The notes beneath the pieces are model-generated. The model searched no databases. It worked only from the letters and a program-made list of their open reading frames with translations, and had not been told where the DNA came from. A DNA stretch of 64,000 nucleotides, from assembly GCA_964624625.1 (NCBI GenBank), contig CAZUXW010000006.1, positions 13,896 to 77,895 of the forward strand, read 5' to 3'. Source of the DNA: an uncultured bacterium (GTDB lineage Bacteria; Oederibacteriota; Muellerivitia; Muellerivitales; Muellerivitaceae). Positions 56,975-64,000 of the stretch are shown piece by piece; the first letter of the stretch is position 1; every line of letters begins with the position of its first letter. The translations under genes were made by a program, and so were the position numbers.

Positions 56975-57436
56975 CTAGGATCGCCCGTATTTCCCCATCA
57001 ATTGGGCTTCCCCCAATATCCGACGCTGCATCTTTTTTTCCAGCTGGTCCTTCGTCGCGCCTGGTTCCAGGTCCAACAACGAGCTGAGGGCGTAGAGCTT
57101 GAAATAATAGCGGTGGATGCCGCTGGGCGGGGCCGGTCCGCGGTAGCCGATGCCCCCGAAATCCGTGGCTCCCTGCTTGGTGCCGTTGGGAAGGGAGTTC
57201 AGCGAGGGAAAGGCCTCGGGAAAATTCGTGATATTTGACGGAATATTGTAAATCACCCAGTGGCAAAAGGAGCCGCTGGCCGCGTCCGGGTCCTCGCAAA
57301 TCAACGCGAAACATTTGGTGCCTTCCGGGACATTCGTCCAGGCTAAGGGGGGCGTGACGTCATCCCCATCCGAGGTGTAATGGGACGGAATCATCTCGCC
57401 ATCTTTGAAAGCACGGCTGGTGAGTAGAAGCGGCAT
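56975..57436 (-). CDS. YbhB/YbcL (PEBP/RKIP) family protein, cytoplasmic
   Basis: LTSRAF, PPLAW, EDPDA, HWVIYNIP, GYRGPAPPSGIHRYYFKLYAL; no signal peptide. Confidence 0.9.
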   Translation of the reverse strand: MPLLLTSRAFKDGEMIPSHYTSDGDDVTPPLAWTNVPEGTKCFALICEDPDAASGSFCHWVIYNIPSNITNFPEAFPSLNSLPNGTKQGATDFGGIGYRGPAPPSGIHRYYFKLYALSSLLDLEPGATKDQLEKKMQRRILGEAQLMGKYGRS

Positions 57437-57628
57437 AAATACCTCATGCACGGGAGATGGCTTGATTCTACTCCAACCTTGGCTTAAACCCAGCTAAAGG
57501 ACAAAATAGTAGGCCTTTTTGCCAAACCTTTAATTTAATTATGAGATTTTGGGCAGAAAACCGGTTTCAAGGACATATTTTGTGGAAATACACCAGGCTG
57601 CCACCCACGACACCAAGGGGAATTTTGT

Positions 57629-58057
57629 TTATTTATTACGAACCCTGGCCGCGACCACGCCTAAACAGGCGTCCGAAATAACTTTGAACCCTTCCTTTTC
57701 CAGCTTCGCCTCGGCTTCCGGATGGGTGATGCCGGTCTGGAGCCAGACGGTTTTAGGCCGGAGCGATTCGGGAAGCGCAATAATCTCATCAGCCAAGGCC
57801 GGAATAACGTCGGGACGCCGGAACACATTTAATATATCGACCTTGATCGGCAGATCCTTGATCGAAGCGTAAGCCTTTTCCCCGAGGGAGGATTGGATCT
57901 TAGGGTTCACGGGATAGAGTTTCATGCCCCTGGCCTGCAGGGCCGCGGGAATTTGGTAGGCCGCCCGGTCCATTTTGCTTTCATCCTGCATGCCCTCGAC
58001 CGCGACGGTCTTGGCGGTTTTGACGATCTCCAGCATTTCTTGTTCATTGACGTTCAT
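57629..58057 (-). CDS. CoA-binding protein (YccU-like)
   Basis: YPVNP, VDILNVFRRP, VWLQTGI, DACL. Confidence 0.88.
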   Translation of the reverse strand: MNVNEQEMLEIVKTAKTVAVEGMQDESKMDRAAYQIPAALQARGMKLYPVNPKIQSSLGEKAYASIKDLPIKVDILNVFRRPDVIPALADEIIALPESLRPKTVWLQTGITHPEAEAKLEKEGFKVISDACLGVVAARVRNK

Positions 58058-58131
58058 GGTTCTCTCCTCGCGGATTTAGACTCAATATAGGAAGGGACCG
58101 GAATATAAGACAATGACCGTCGTCATGATTC

Positions 58132-58554
58132 CTACCGCAAAAAATCCCGGTAAAGCATGAAATAAACGACCACGCCCGTCATGGAAACATAGAGCCAGAT
58201 TGGGTATGTGACGCGAGCGATTTTTTTGTGCTTCTCAAAATCCCCCTGCAAGGCCCGCCTGAGCGTCACGATGGCCAGCACCGGCACCAAAACCGCGAGA
58301 ATCGTGTGGGTGGTAAGGATGAAAAAATAAAGCTGACGGACCCATCCTTGGCCCTGGTAGTAAATGATTCCCGCCAAGGCGTGATGGATCAGGTAGGAAG
58401 CCAGGAAAATCACAGAAACCACGAAGGCCGTGACCATGCAAAAACGGTGGGCCTTTTTGTTCCCTTGGCGGATGAAGCGATAACCCATGATCAATAATAG
58501 GGCGCTGAGGGAATTAAGGCAGGCGTTGAAGGCCGGCAAGGTGTCGAGGGTCAA
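58132..58554 (-). CDS. DUF420 membrane protein
   Basis: NACLNSLS, HRFCM, FLASYLIHH, HTILA, PIWLYVSMTGVVVY. Confidence 0.88.
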   Translation of the reverse strand: MTLDTLPAFNACLNSLSALLLIMGYRFIRQGNKKAHRFCMVTAFVVSVIFLASYLIHHALAGIIYYQGQGWVRQLYFFILTTHTILAVLVPVLAIVTLRRALQGDFEKHKKIARVTYPIWLYVSMTGVVVYFMLYRDFLR

Positions 58555-59177
58555 GATTTGCTCCGGGAACTCATCAGGAATTTGACGTCTTGATTGAGCT
58601 TCTTCAAATCCTCCTCCTGCTCGCCGTCATAAAGGCCGCGGACCACTCCTTTGCCGTCCACCAAGATCATCCTAGTGCTGTGGATATAGTCAAAACCCGG
58701 CACGGCCTCCTCATTCGGCATAGCCGTCACCTTGAAACCCTCCCGGATCACCCGGTAAAGGTCGGCCTTGGGACCGGTCAGGAAAAACCATTGGTTTTCG
58801 TCGGCCTTCAGGTCCGAAGCGTAGGTTTTTAATCCCGCCACCGTGTCCCTTTCCGGGTCCACCGTAAAGGACACCAATTTCAAGTCCTGGTTGCCTTTCC
58901 ATTGGGTTTGGAGATGCTTCATTTGCTGGCTGAGGAGAGGGCAGGAACCGGCGCAATGGGCGAAGATAAAATCCACCACCCAAACTTTTCCCTTCAACTC
59001 GGAACTGGAAAAAACCCGCCCGGTCCGGTCCTGGAAGGAAAAATCCGGCGCCTGCATCACGTTTTTTTGCAGCTTGTCCGAGTGACGGGAACCCATCACC
59101 TGGTAGCCGGTTACGACCAAGAGCAGCAATGCGATCCCGGCGGCCAGCCAGGGCAGGGGCGCGTTGGAATTCCTCAT
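58551..59177 (-). CDS. SCO1/SenC copper chaperone
   Basis: DFIFAHCAGSCP (CxxxC), SFTVDPERD, HSTRMILVD. Confidence 0.92.
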   Translation of the reverse strand: MRNSNAPLPWLAAGIALLLLVVTGYQVMGSRHSDKLQKNVMQAPDFSFQDRTGRVFSSSELKGKVWVVDFIFAHCAGSCPLLSQQMKHLQTQWKGNQDLKLVSFTVDPERDTVAGLKTYASDLKADENQWFFLTGPKADLYRVIREGFKVTAMPNEEAVPGFDYIHSTRMILVDGKGVVRGLYDGEQEEDLKKLNQDVKFLMSSRSKS

Positions 59178-59926
59178 TTTTGATTTCCTTCGTCGCTCTT
59201 TTCAACCACCAGGGATGAAAAAACGTAAAAGAATACCGAGAATCCGGCCAGGACCGCGAAACTCAGCATTTGGGACGGCAAAGCGCTTAAGTCGGCCCCG
59301 GGGAAAAGCCCCCGCCGCACCCCCGCCACACCGTAGGTGAAGGGATTCACGCTCATAAAAAATCTAAGCCAAGGGGAATCGCTGGCCGCGAATACCGCGC
59401 CGGAAGCCATCCACAGGGGAAGAAGGACCATGTTCATGATGGTGTGAAACCCCGCCGGCGACTCGCTTTTCCAGGCCAGCCAAAAACCGGCGGCGTTGAT
59501 GACGAAGGAAAGCAGGAAAAGGGACCCGATTAAACCCAAGGCTGGCGCCAGTTGAAAGCTGGCCCCAACCGTTCCCGCGAAGGGCAACAGCACCAAACCC
59601 TGAAGCGTGGAGAGGGTGGCCCCGCCGAGTATTTTACCCATAACAATCGCCGCCCGGGATACCGGCGCCACCATCACGGATTGAAGAAACCCCGCCTGAC
59701 GATCCTCAATGATGGAGGCGTTGGAGAAAATACAGGTGAACATGACGCTCATGACGATGGTTCCGGGAAAAAAATAAGCCCGGTAGCTGGATCCCCCGAT
59801 CCCGGTTCCGAGCACTATCCAGAAAAGAAGGGCCGTACCCACCGCCCCGACCACGCGGCTGGGCTGCCGGTAAAACCGGACCAATTCCCTCTGCCATAAA
59901 GTGAAGACCGTAAGCCAAAAAACCAT
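59174..59926 (-). CDS. ABC-2 type transporter permease
   Basis: Six TM helices; EDRQAGFLQSVMVAPVSR..GKILG; NPFTYGV. Confidence 0.88.
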   Translation of the reverse strand: MVFWLTVFTLWQRELVRFYRQPSRVVGAVGTALLFWIVLGTGIGGSSYRAYFFPGTIVMSVMFTCIFSNASIIEDRQAGFLQSVMVAPVSRAAIVMGKILGGATLSTLQGLVLLPFAGTVGASFQLAPALGLIGSLFLLSFVINAAGFWLAWKSESPAGFHTIMNMVLLPLWMASGAVFAASDSPWLRFFMSVNPFTYGVAGVRRGLFPGADLSALPSQMLSFAVLAGFSVFFYVFSSLVVEKSDEGNQK

Positions 59927-60050
59927 TAAAAGCTCCTCAATTTTCCTGAAGTGCGCCGGGATCCACAGAGATTATTTTTTTGTTCCATCCATGCTAATCC
60001 GCATTCATCGGCAGCTAATGGCATTTGATTTATTTTATATCCATGGCTCA

Positions 60051-60980
60051 TCATTCTTTTTCCTCTTGGAATCGTCGTCCGGTCTTGTGGATAAAGACAT
60101 CCTCCAGCGTCGGCGGGCCCAGCGTAAGGGATAAAACCTGGTCCGGAAAGGCCTCCAACAGGGGGCCCACCAGGTTGTGGGCCTTTTTCTCCTCGATTTG
60201 GACAAAGCCGCCTACCAACAACGTTTTGATCCTCAACTTCTCCGTGATTTGTCCCATCATGGCCTCGGGATCCTTCACCCGGATCCGCAGGACCTCCCCG
60301 CCAATCTCAGCCTTGAGCTGGTCCGGGTTACCCAAAGCCACCTTGAGGCCCTGGTCCAAAATAAGGAGCCGGTCGCACCGGTCCGCTTCCTCCAGGTAAT
60401 GGGTTGTCACCAACACGGTCATCCCCTGGCTTTTACGGAGTTCCTCCAAATGATCCCAAAACTCCCTGCGGGCAGCGGGATCCAACCCCGTGGAGGGTTC
60501 ATCCAGGATCATCAGTTCAGGATCGCTTAAAAGGGCCTTCGCCAACTCCACGCGCCGTTGGAGCCCTCCGGAAAGGGATTCCACTTTATCCATAGCGCGG
60601 TCTCCCAAGTTCAACCTGGTTAAATCCCGGTCAATCCGGCTTTTTAGCTCGCCGCCCGAAAGGCCGTAAAGGTGTCCTTGATGCTCGAGGTTTTCCCGGA
60701 CCCTCAACTTCTTGTCGAGGGCCGGCGATTGAAAAACGATTCCCATCTTTCGCCGGATCGCGATTTTATCCTTGGCCAAATCCAGTCCGAAGACCTTTAC
60801 CTGGCCAGGCTTGCAGGAAAAAAGCGTGGAGAGGATTTTAAAGGTGGTGGATTTGCCCCCGCCATTGGGGCCGAGAAAACCGAATATCTCGCCGCGGCCG
60901 ACCGAAAAAGTCAGTCCTAATAGGGCGACTTTGGCGCCGTATTGGAAGGTTAAATTTTCAACCTCGATCAAGTTTTCCAT
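60051..60980 (-). CDS. ABC transporter ATP-binding protein
   Basis: GPNGGGKST, LSGGLQRR, ILDEPSTGLDP, TTHYLEEA. Confidence 0.95.
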   Translation of the reverse strand: MENLIEVENLTFQYGAKVALLGLTFSVGRGEIFGFLGPNGGGKSTTFKILSTLFSCKPGQVKVFGLDLAKDKIAIRRKMGIVFQSPALDKKLRVRENLEHQGHLYGLSGGELKSRIDRDLTRLNLGDRAMDKVESLSGGLQRRVELAKALLSDPELMILDEPSTGLDPAARREFWDHLEELRKSQGMTVLVTTHYLEEADRCDRLLILDQGLKVALGNPDQLKAEIGGEVLRIRVKDPEAMMGQITEKLRIKTLLVGGFVQIEEKKAHNLVGPLLEAFPDQVLSLTLGPPTLEDVFIHKTGRRFQEEKE

Positions 60981-61835
60981 TTAAACCTTGTTCAATGCCA
61001 TGATGATGAAAAGCGCCGGCAGATAGGAGATGGAGTACCAAAAAAGCCCCTTAGCCCTGCCCACCGTCTTGTCCCGGGCCAGGAGAAAACTATAAAACAC
61101 AAAGCCTATCCCTAAAACAAGGGCGGTCCAAAAATAAAGCCTGCCGGCCATGTGAAAATGGGTCGGTAAAAGGGTGATGGGAATGAGGGCGGCGGCGTAA
61201 GCCACCGACATCAGGCCCGTGGTGACTCCCTTCGGGTCCAAAACCGCCAGCATGGGAAAACCGCCCCTGGCATAATCCTCCCGATAGATCCATCCAATGG
61301 CCAGAAAATGGGGCATCTGCCAAAAAAAGAGGATAAAAAAAAGGGTCCAGCCTTCCGGACCAATTTGGTTTTGCGCCGCCGCCCATCCCATCATCGGCGG
61401 AAGGGCGCCAGGCACCGCGCCCACCACGGTGGAGAGGGAGGTTATTTTCTTGAGCGGGGTGTAAAAAATAATGTAGCTCACCAAGGCGCAGATGCCGAGA
61501 AAGGCTGCCAAGTCATTGACCCGCCACCAAAGGATTCCCACGCCCAACAGCGATAACAACAGTCCAAACCAGAACGCCTTCGGGGCCGAGAGCCTGCCTG
61601 CCGGGATAGGCCTCTTCTTAGTCCGGTTCATTTGTCCGTCCACGTCCCCCTCAAACCATTGATTCAAGGCGCCGCAGCCAGCCGCCACGCCCGTCGTTCC
61701 TAATAGCGTGAAACCCAAAAGAGTCCAATCCAGGGGCGAGGAACTTCCCATGTAAAAACCCGCGAGAGTCGTGAGAATCGCCAGGGAATTGAGCCTGGGT
61801 TTGGTGAGGGTGATGTAATCCCGTAGGTTTTTCAA
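60981..61835 (-). CDS. cyoE: Protoheme IX farnesyltransferase (heme O synthase)
   Basis: LTKPR, DGQMNRTKKRPIP, YTPLKK, GAVPGALPP, WQMPHF, DYARGGFPML. Confidence 0.96.
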   Translation of the reverse strand: MKNLRDYITLTKPRLNSLAILTTLAGFYMGSSSPLDWTLLGFTLLGTTGVAAGCGALNQWFEGDVDGQMNRTKKRPIPAGRLSAPKAFWFGLLLSLLGVGILWWRVNDLAAFLGICALVSYIIFYTPLKKITSLSTVVGAVPGALPPMMGWAAAQNQIGPEGWTLFFILFFWQMPHFLAIGWIYREDYARGGFPMLAVLDPKGVTTGLMSVAYAAALIPITLLPTHFHMAGRLYFWTALVLGIGFVFYSFLLARDKTVGRAKGLFWYSISYLPALFIIMALNKV

Positions 61836-62764
61836 AGGCCCGTTTCCTTTTTAAAAAGCTGAAAGCTCTTAAGGGTCAGAATCAGCATGGCGGCCAGGGT
61901 CGCGGCGCCCAAAATAACATGCACTGAGGTCGGCACGATGGCCTTGTTATAAATCAGGATGGAGAGGCCCAGGAAGCATTGGAACCAGACCAACAGGCCT
62001 GCCGCCGCCGCTGGCCAGAAGAGCCCCTTTTCATCCGGGAAATGGAAGCAAAAACGGTAAGCCGTATGGGATACGAACAACAGGACGGCCGTTGCCCCGA
62101 TCCGGGTATGGAAAAATTGTAAGGTCACCAGGGGCGTCCATTCGGGGGGAAGTAAACTTCCGTTACTGAGTGGAAAATCCGGGATGGCCAGCCCGGCGCC
62201 GCTGTGGCGGGTAACGGCCCCCAACACAATTTGCAGGTAAACTAGAACTGTCGTCCCAAGAGCCCAAATTCGAAGGGAGGACCGGCTGTCCTTTAGACGA
62301 TAGGGTGGGTCCTCGATCCAACTTTTTGAGGTCACCAAGGCAAGAGTCACCGCCAGGCAGAAGAATATTTGGGCCAAGCTCGCGTGAGCCACCGAAACCT
62401 GCGTGGGCAAATGAAGCAGCACGGTAACCCCGCCTAATACCGCCTGGAGGATAATGGCACCCACCGCGGTCCAAGCCAGGCGCTTTACCCAGAGCCTTCC
62501 CTCCAATTTTTGCGCCGTCAAAGCCAATCCGGCCGTTAATAACGAAACCGTTCCCGCTATCATCCGGTGGCCATGCTCAAACAAAACCCCGCCCGTCATC
62601 TCGGGGAAAAACTTTCCGAAAGAAAGGGGCCAATCCGGGACCGCTAAGCTTGATCCCGTACTGGTCACCAAAGCTCCTGCCAATAGGAGAACAAAGGTGC
62701 AACCGGCGGTGAGGAGTGCGAAACGGTGGAGCCAGGGGTTAAATTTTGGGTTGGGTTCGCTCAA
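61832..62764 (-). CDS. ctaA: Heme A synthase (COX15/CtaA)
   Basis: VTSTGSSLAVPDWP, FEHGHR, LGGVTV..H, and later conserved His residues. Confidence 0.9.
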   Translation of the reverse strand: MSEPNPKFNPWLHRFALLTAGCTFVLLLAGALVTSTGSSLAVPDWPLSFGKFFPEMTGGVLFEHGHRMIAGTVSLLTAGLALTAQKLEGRLWVKRLAWTAVGAIILQAVLGGVTVLLHLPTQVSVAHASLAQIFFCLAVTLALVTSKSWIEDPPYRLKDSRSSLRIWALGTTVLVYLQIVLGAVTRHSGAGLAIPDFPLSNGSLLPPEWTPLVTLQFFHTRIGATAVLLFVSHTAYRFCFHFPDEKGLFWPAAAAGLLVWFQCFLGLSILIYNKAIVPTSVHVILGAATLAAMLILTLKSFQLFKKETGL

Positions 62765-62791
62765 GAAAAAATCCTTTAATAACCTCTGGCC

Positions 62792-62826
62792 AAAAAAAGA
62801 TGGCCCCGGGACGGAATCCCGAGGCC
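62792..62826 (-). terminator. Intrinsic terminator between the lipoprotein gene and ctaA
   Basis: GGCCTCGGGA-ttccg-TCCCGGGGCC followed by ATCTTTTTTT on the minus strand. Confidence 0.7.
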
Positions 62827-62853
62827 ATCAAAAACGGCTGAACGTCCTGAAAA

Positions 62854-63633
62854 TTACTTAGCCGCGAATGTAAAATCCACCGTTTGGGACGCGCCATCCG
62901 TCACCGTTACTTTTTTCTCTTCCGAAACGCCGTATTTTTCGTGAACCGCCACTAGGGTGTAGCTCCCAGCGGGCAACTGGGTTATTTTAAATCCTCCATC
63001 CGCTCCCGAAACGGAGAAGAAGGAATTATTGACCACGCCGCCGAAGCAATGCATCCAGCCATGGACATCGCACTTGAACGGCACCAGCACCTCGGCCTTG
63101 CCGAATTTCTTTTCGGTCTTCATTCCCTGGGTCGGTTGTCCCACGTTGAAACTGTCGTTGACCGCCGCCAGGCAATGGATGTTGTGCAAGGTCTGGTCGT
63201 CATTGACGATCTGCATCGTTTGGTTGACCTGGATGCCGAACACGTGGGGGCTGTACATACAGCCATGCTGGGTCAAAACGACGGGAGTGGAAGGGGCGGC
63301 GGTATTCGGGGCGTCCTTAACATACACGAATACGTTGGCCAAGTTGCCCTTGGCGTCCGAAACCACCGTCTCATCGTTGGCCGTGCCCGTGTGCTGGGAC
63401 TTACAAACCGGATCCGCGTCAAAAGCGATCTTGGCCGCGATGGGCGCTTTGCCCGTTAAGGTGACTTTGCCCGAGATGGAAGCGGTGCCTAAAGCCGCCG
63501 CAGGAGCCGCGGCGGTGCTGCCGCCTTTGCTTCCCCCAGCGGAAATATCGTCGTCATCGTCACTGCTTCCACAACCTGCCACCGCCACCAGTGACGCCAT
63601 CATCAACAAGGCCAAGATTTTGCTTAATTTCAT
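62854..63633 (-). CDS. Lipoprotein with cupredoxin-like core and carboxypeptidase-regulatory-like (CnaB-type) domain
   Basis: Lipobox VAGC; GCMYSPHV, LHNIH, KCDVHGWM; ATG 63633. Confidence 0.7.
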   Translation of the reverse strand: MKLSKILALLMMASLVAVAGCGSSDDDDDISAGGSKGGSTAAAPAAALGTASISGKVTLTGKAPIAAKIAFDADPVCKSQHTGTANDETVVSDAKGNLANVFVYVKDAPNTAAPSTPVVLTQHGCMYSPHVFGIQVNQTMQIVNDDQTLHNIHCLAAVNDSFNVGQPTQGMKTEKKFGKAEVLVPFKCDVHGWMHCFGGVVNNSFFSVSGADGGFKITQLPAGSYTLVAVHEKYGVSEEKKVTVTDGASQTVDFTFAAK

Positions 63634-63825
63634 CGTCCCTCTCCTCAATTAATTTAAATTAAAATTTAAAGGATAATTGCCAAGGCTCCTTTGGGCCGAC
63701 CGATTCCCCAACAACTACCTATCCCCCTTTGGATCAATGCCAGGGGGACGAAAGGCTCTGGAAAAATAGGATTTTCAATTTAACCCTTGGTGGCGTCGAA
63801 AGCAATGGCGGCCCGGAAGGGTCGG

Positions 63826-63999
63826 TTAATGCTTTTTGGTCTTCGTCTTTTTCTGGGCGACCTTCTCGCCCTCGGGCTCGGTGGAGGCTCCGCCCAAGCT
63901 GAACAAGTAGTTCCTCAGGGCCTCTCGCTGTTTCTTGGAGTCCCCATGGAAATAAGCCGGAACCGGCGAAATATCCTCCGGTTGCGCCCAAAAGCCGGG
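63826..63999 (-). CDS. C-terminal fragment of an upstream gene (possibly a cytochrome c domain), runs off window
   Basis: Open frame from the window edge: PGFWAQPEDISPVPAYFHGDSKKQREALRNYLFSLGG...KH*; the ALxxYLxSL ending is typical of cytochrome c C-termini. Confidence 0.45.
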   Translation of the reverse strand, partial: PGFWAQPEDISPVPAYFHGDSKKQREALRNYLFSLGGASTEPEGEKVAQKKTKTKKH

Positions 64000-64000
64000 C

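Overview
Moderately GC-rich chromosomal DNA of a Gram-negative (diderm) bacterium, almost all on the minus strand; the lineage cannot be fixed from sequence alone. Housekeeping blocks: sucD(part)-sucC, rseP-dxr, hrcA-grpE-dnaK (no dnaJ), hemW-lepB-lepA, suhB, sfsA, dinB, and a heme-copper oxidase assembly cluster (ctaA, ctaB/cyoE, ABC pair, SCO, DUF420). Accessory blocks: (1) a six-gene envelope locus with three tandem SLH-like/coiled-coil/beta-barrel proteins flanked by three CBM11-like lipoproteins, with a LacI-type palindrome upstream and a LacI gene nearby; (2) a 1425-aa ORF fusing an intact RlmD-type RNA methyltransferase to a membrane-anchored glycoside-hydrolase-like domain; (3) a ~1830-aa autotransporter; (4) a TolC-CusB-CusA metal-efflux operon preceded by a Cys-rich PP-ended leader ORF whose stop codon is directly followed by a perfect 11-nt anti-SD for tolC (candidate metal-sensing translational switch), with a CusB that lacks its lipoyl/hairpin segment. 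A 58-aa ZAS zinc-finger ORF is missing from the ORF track. Intergenic spaces carry several families of short inverted repeats, one inserted in frame inside suhB. No rRNA, tRNA, CRISPR array, transposase or integrase was recognised. All domain calls are by-eye motif recognition, not database searches.
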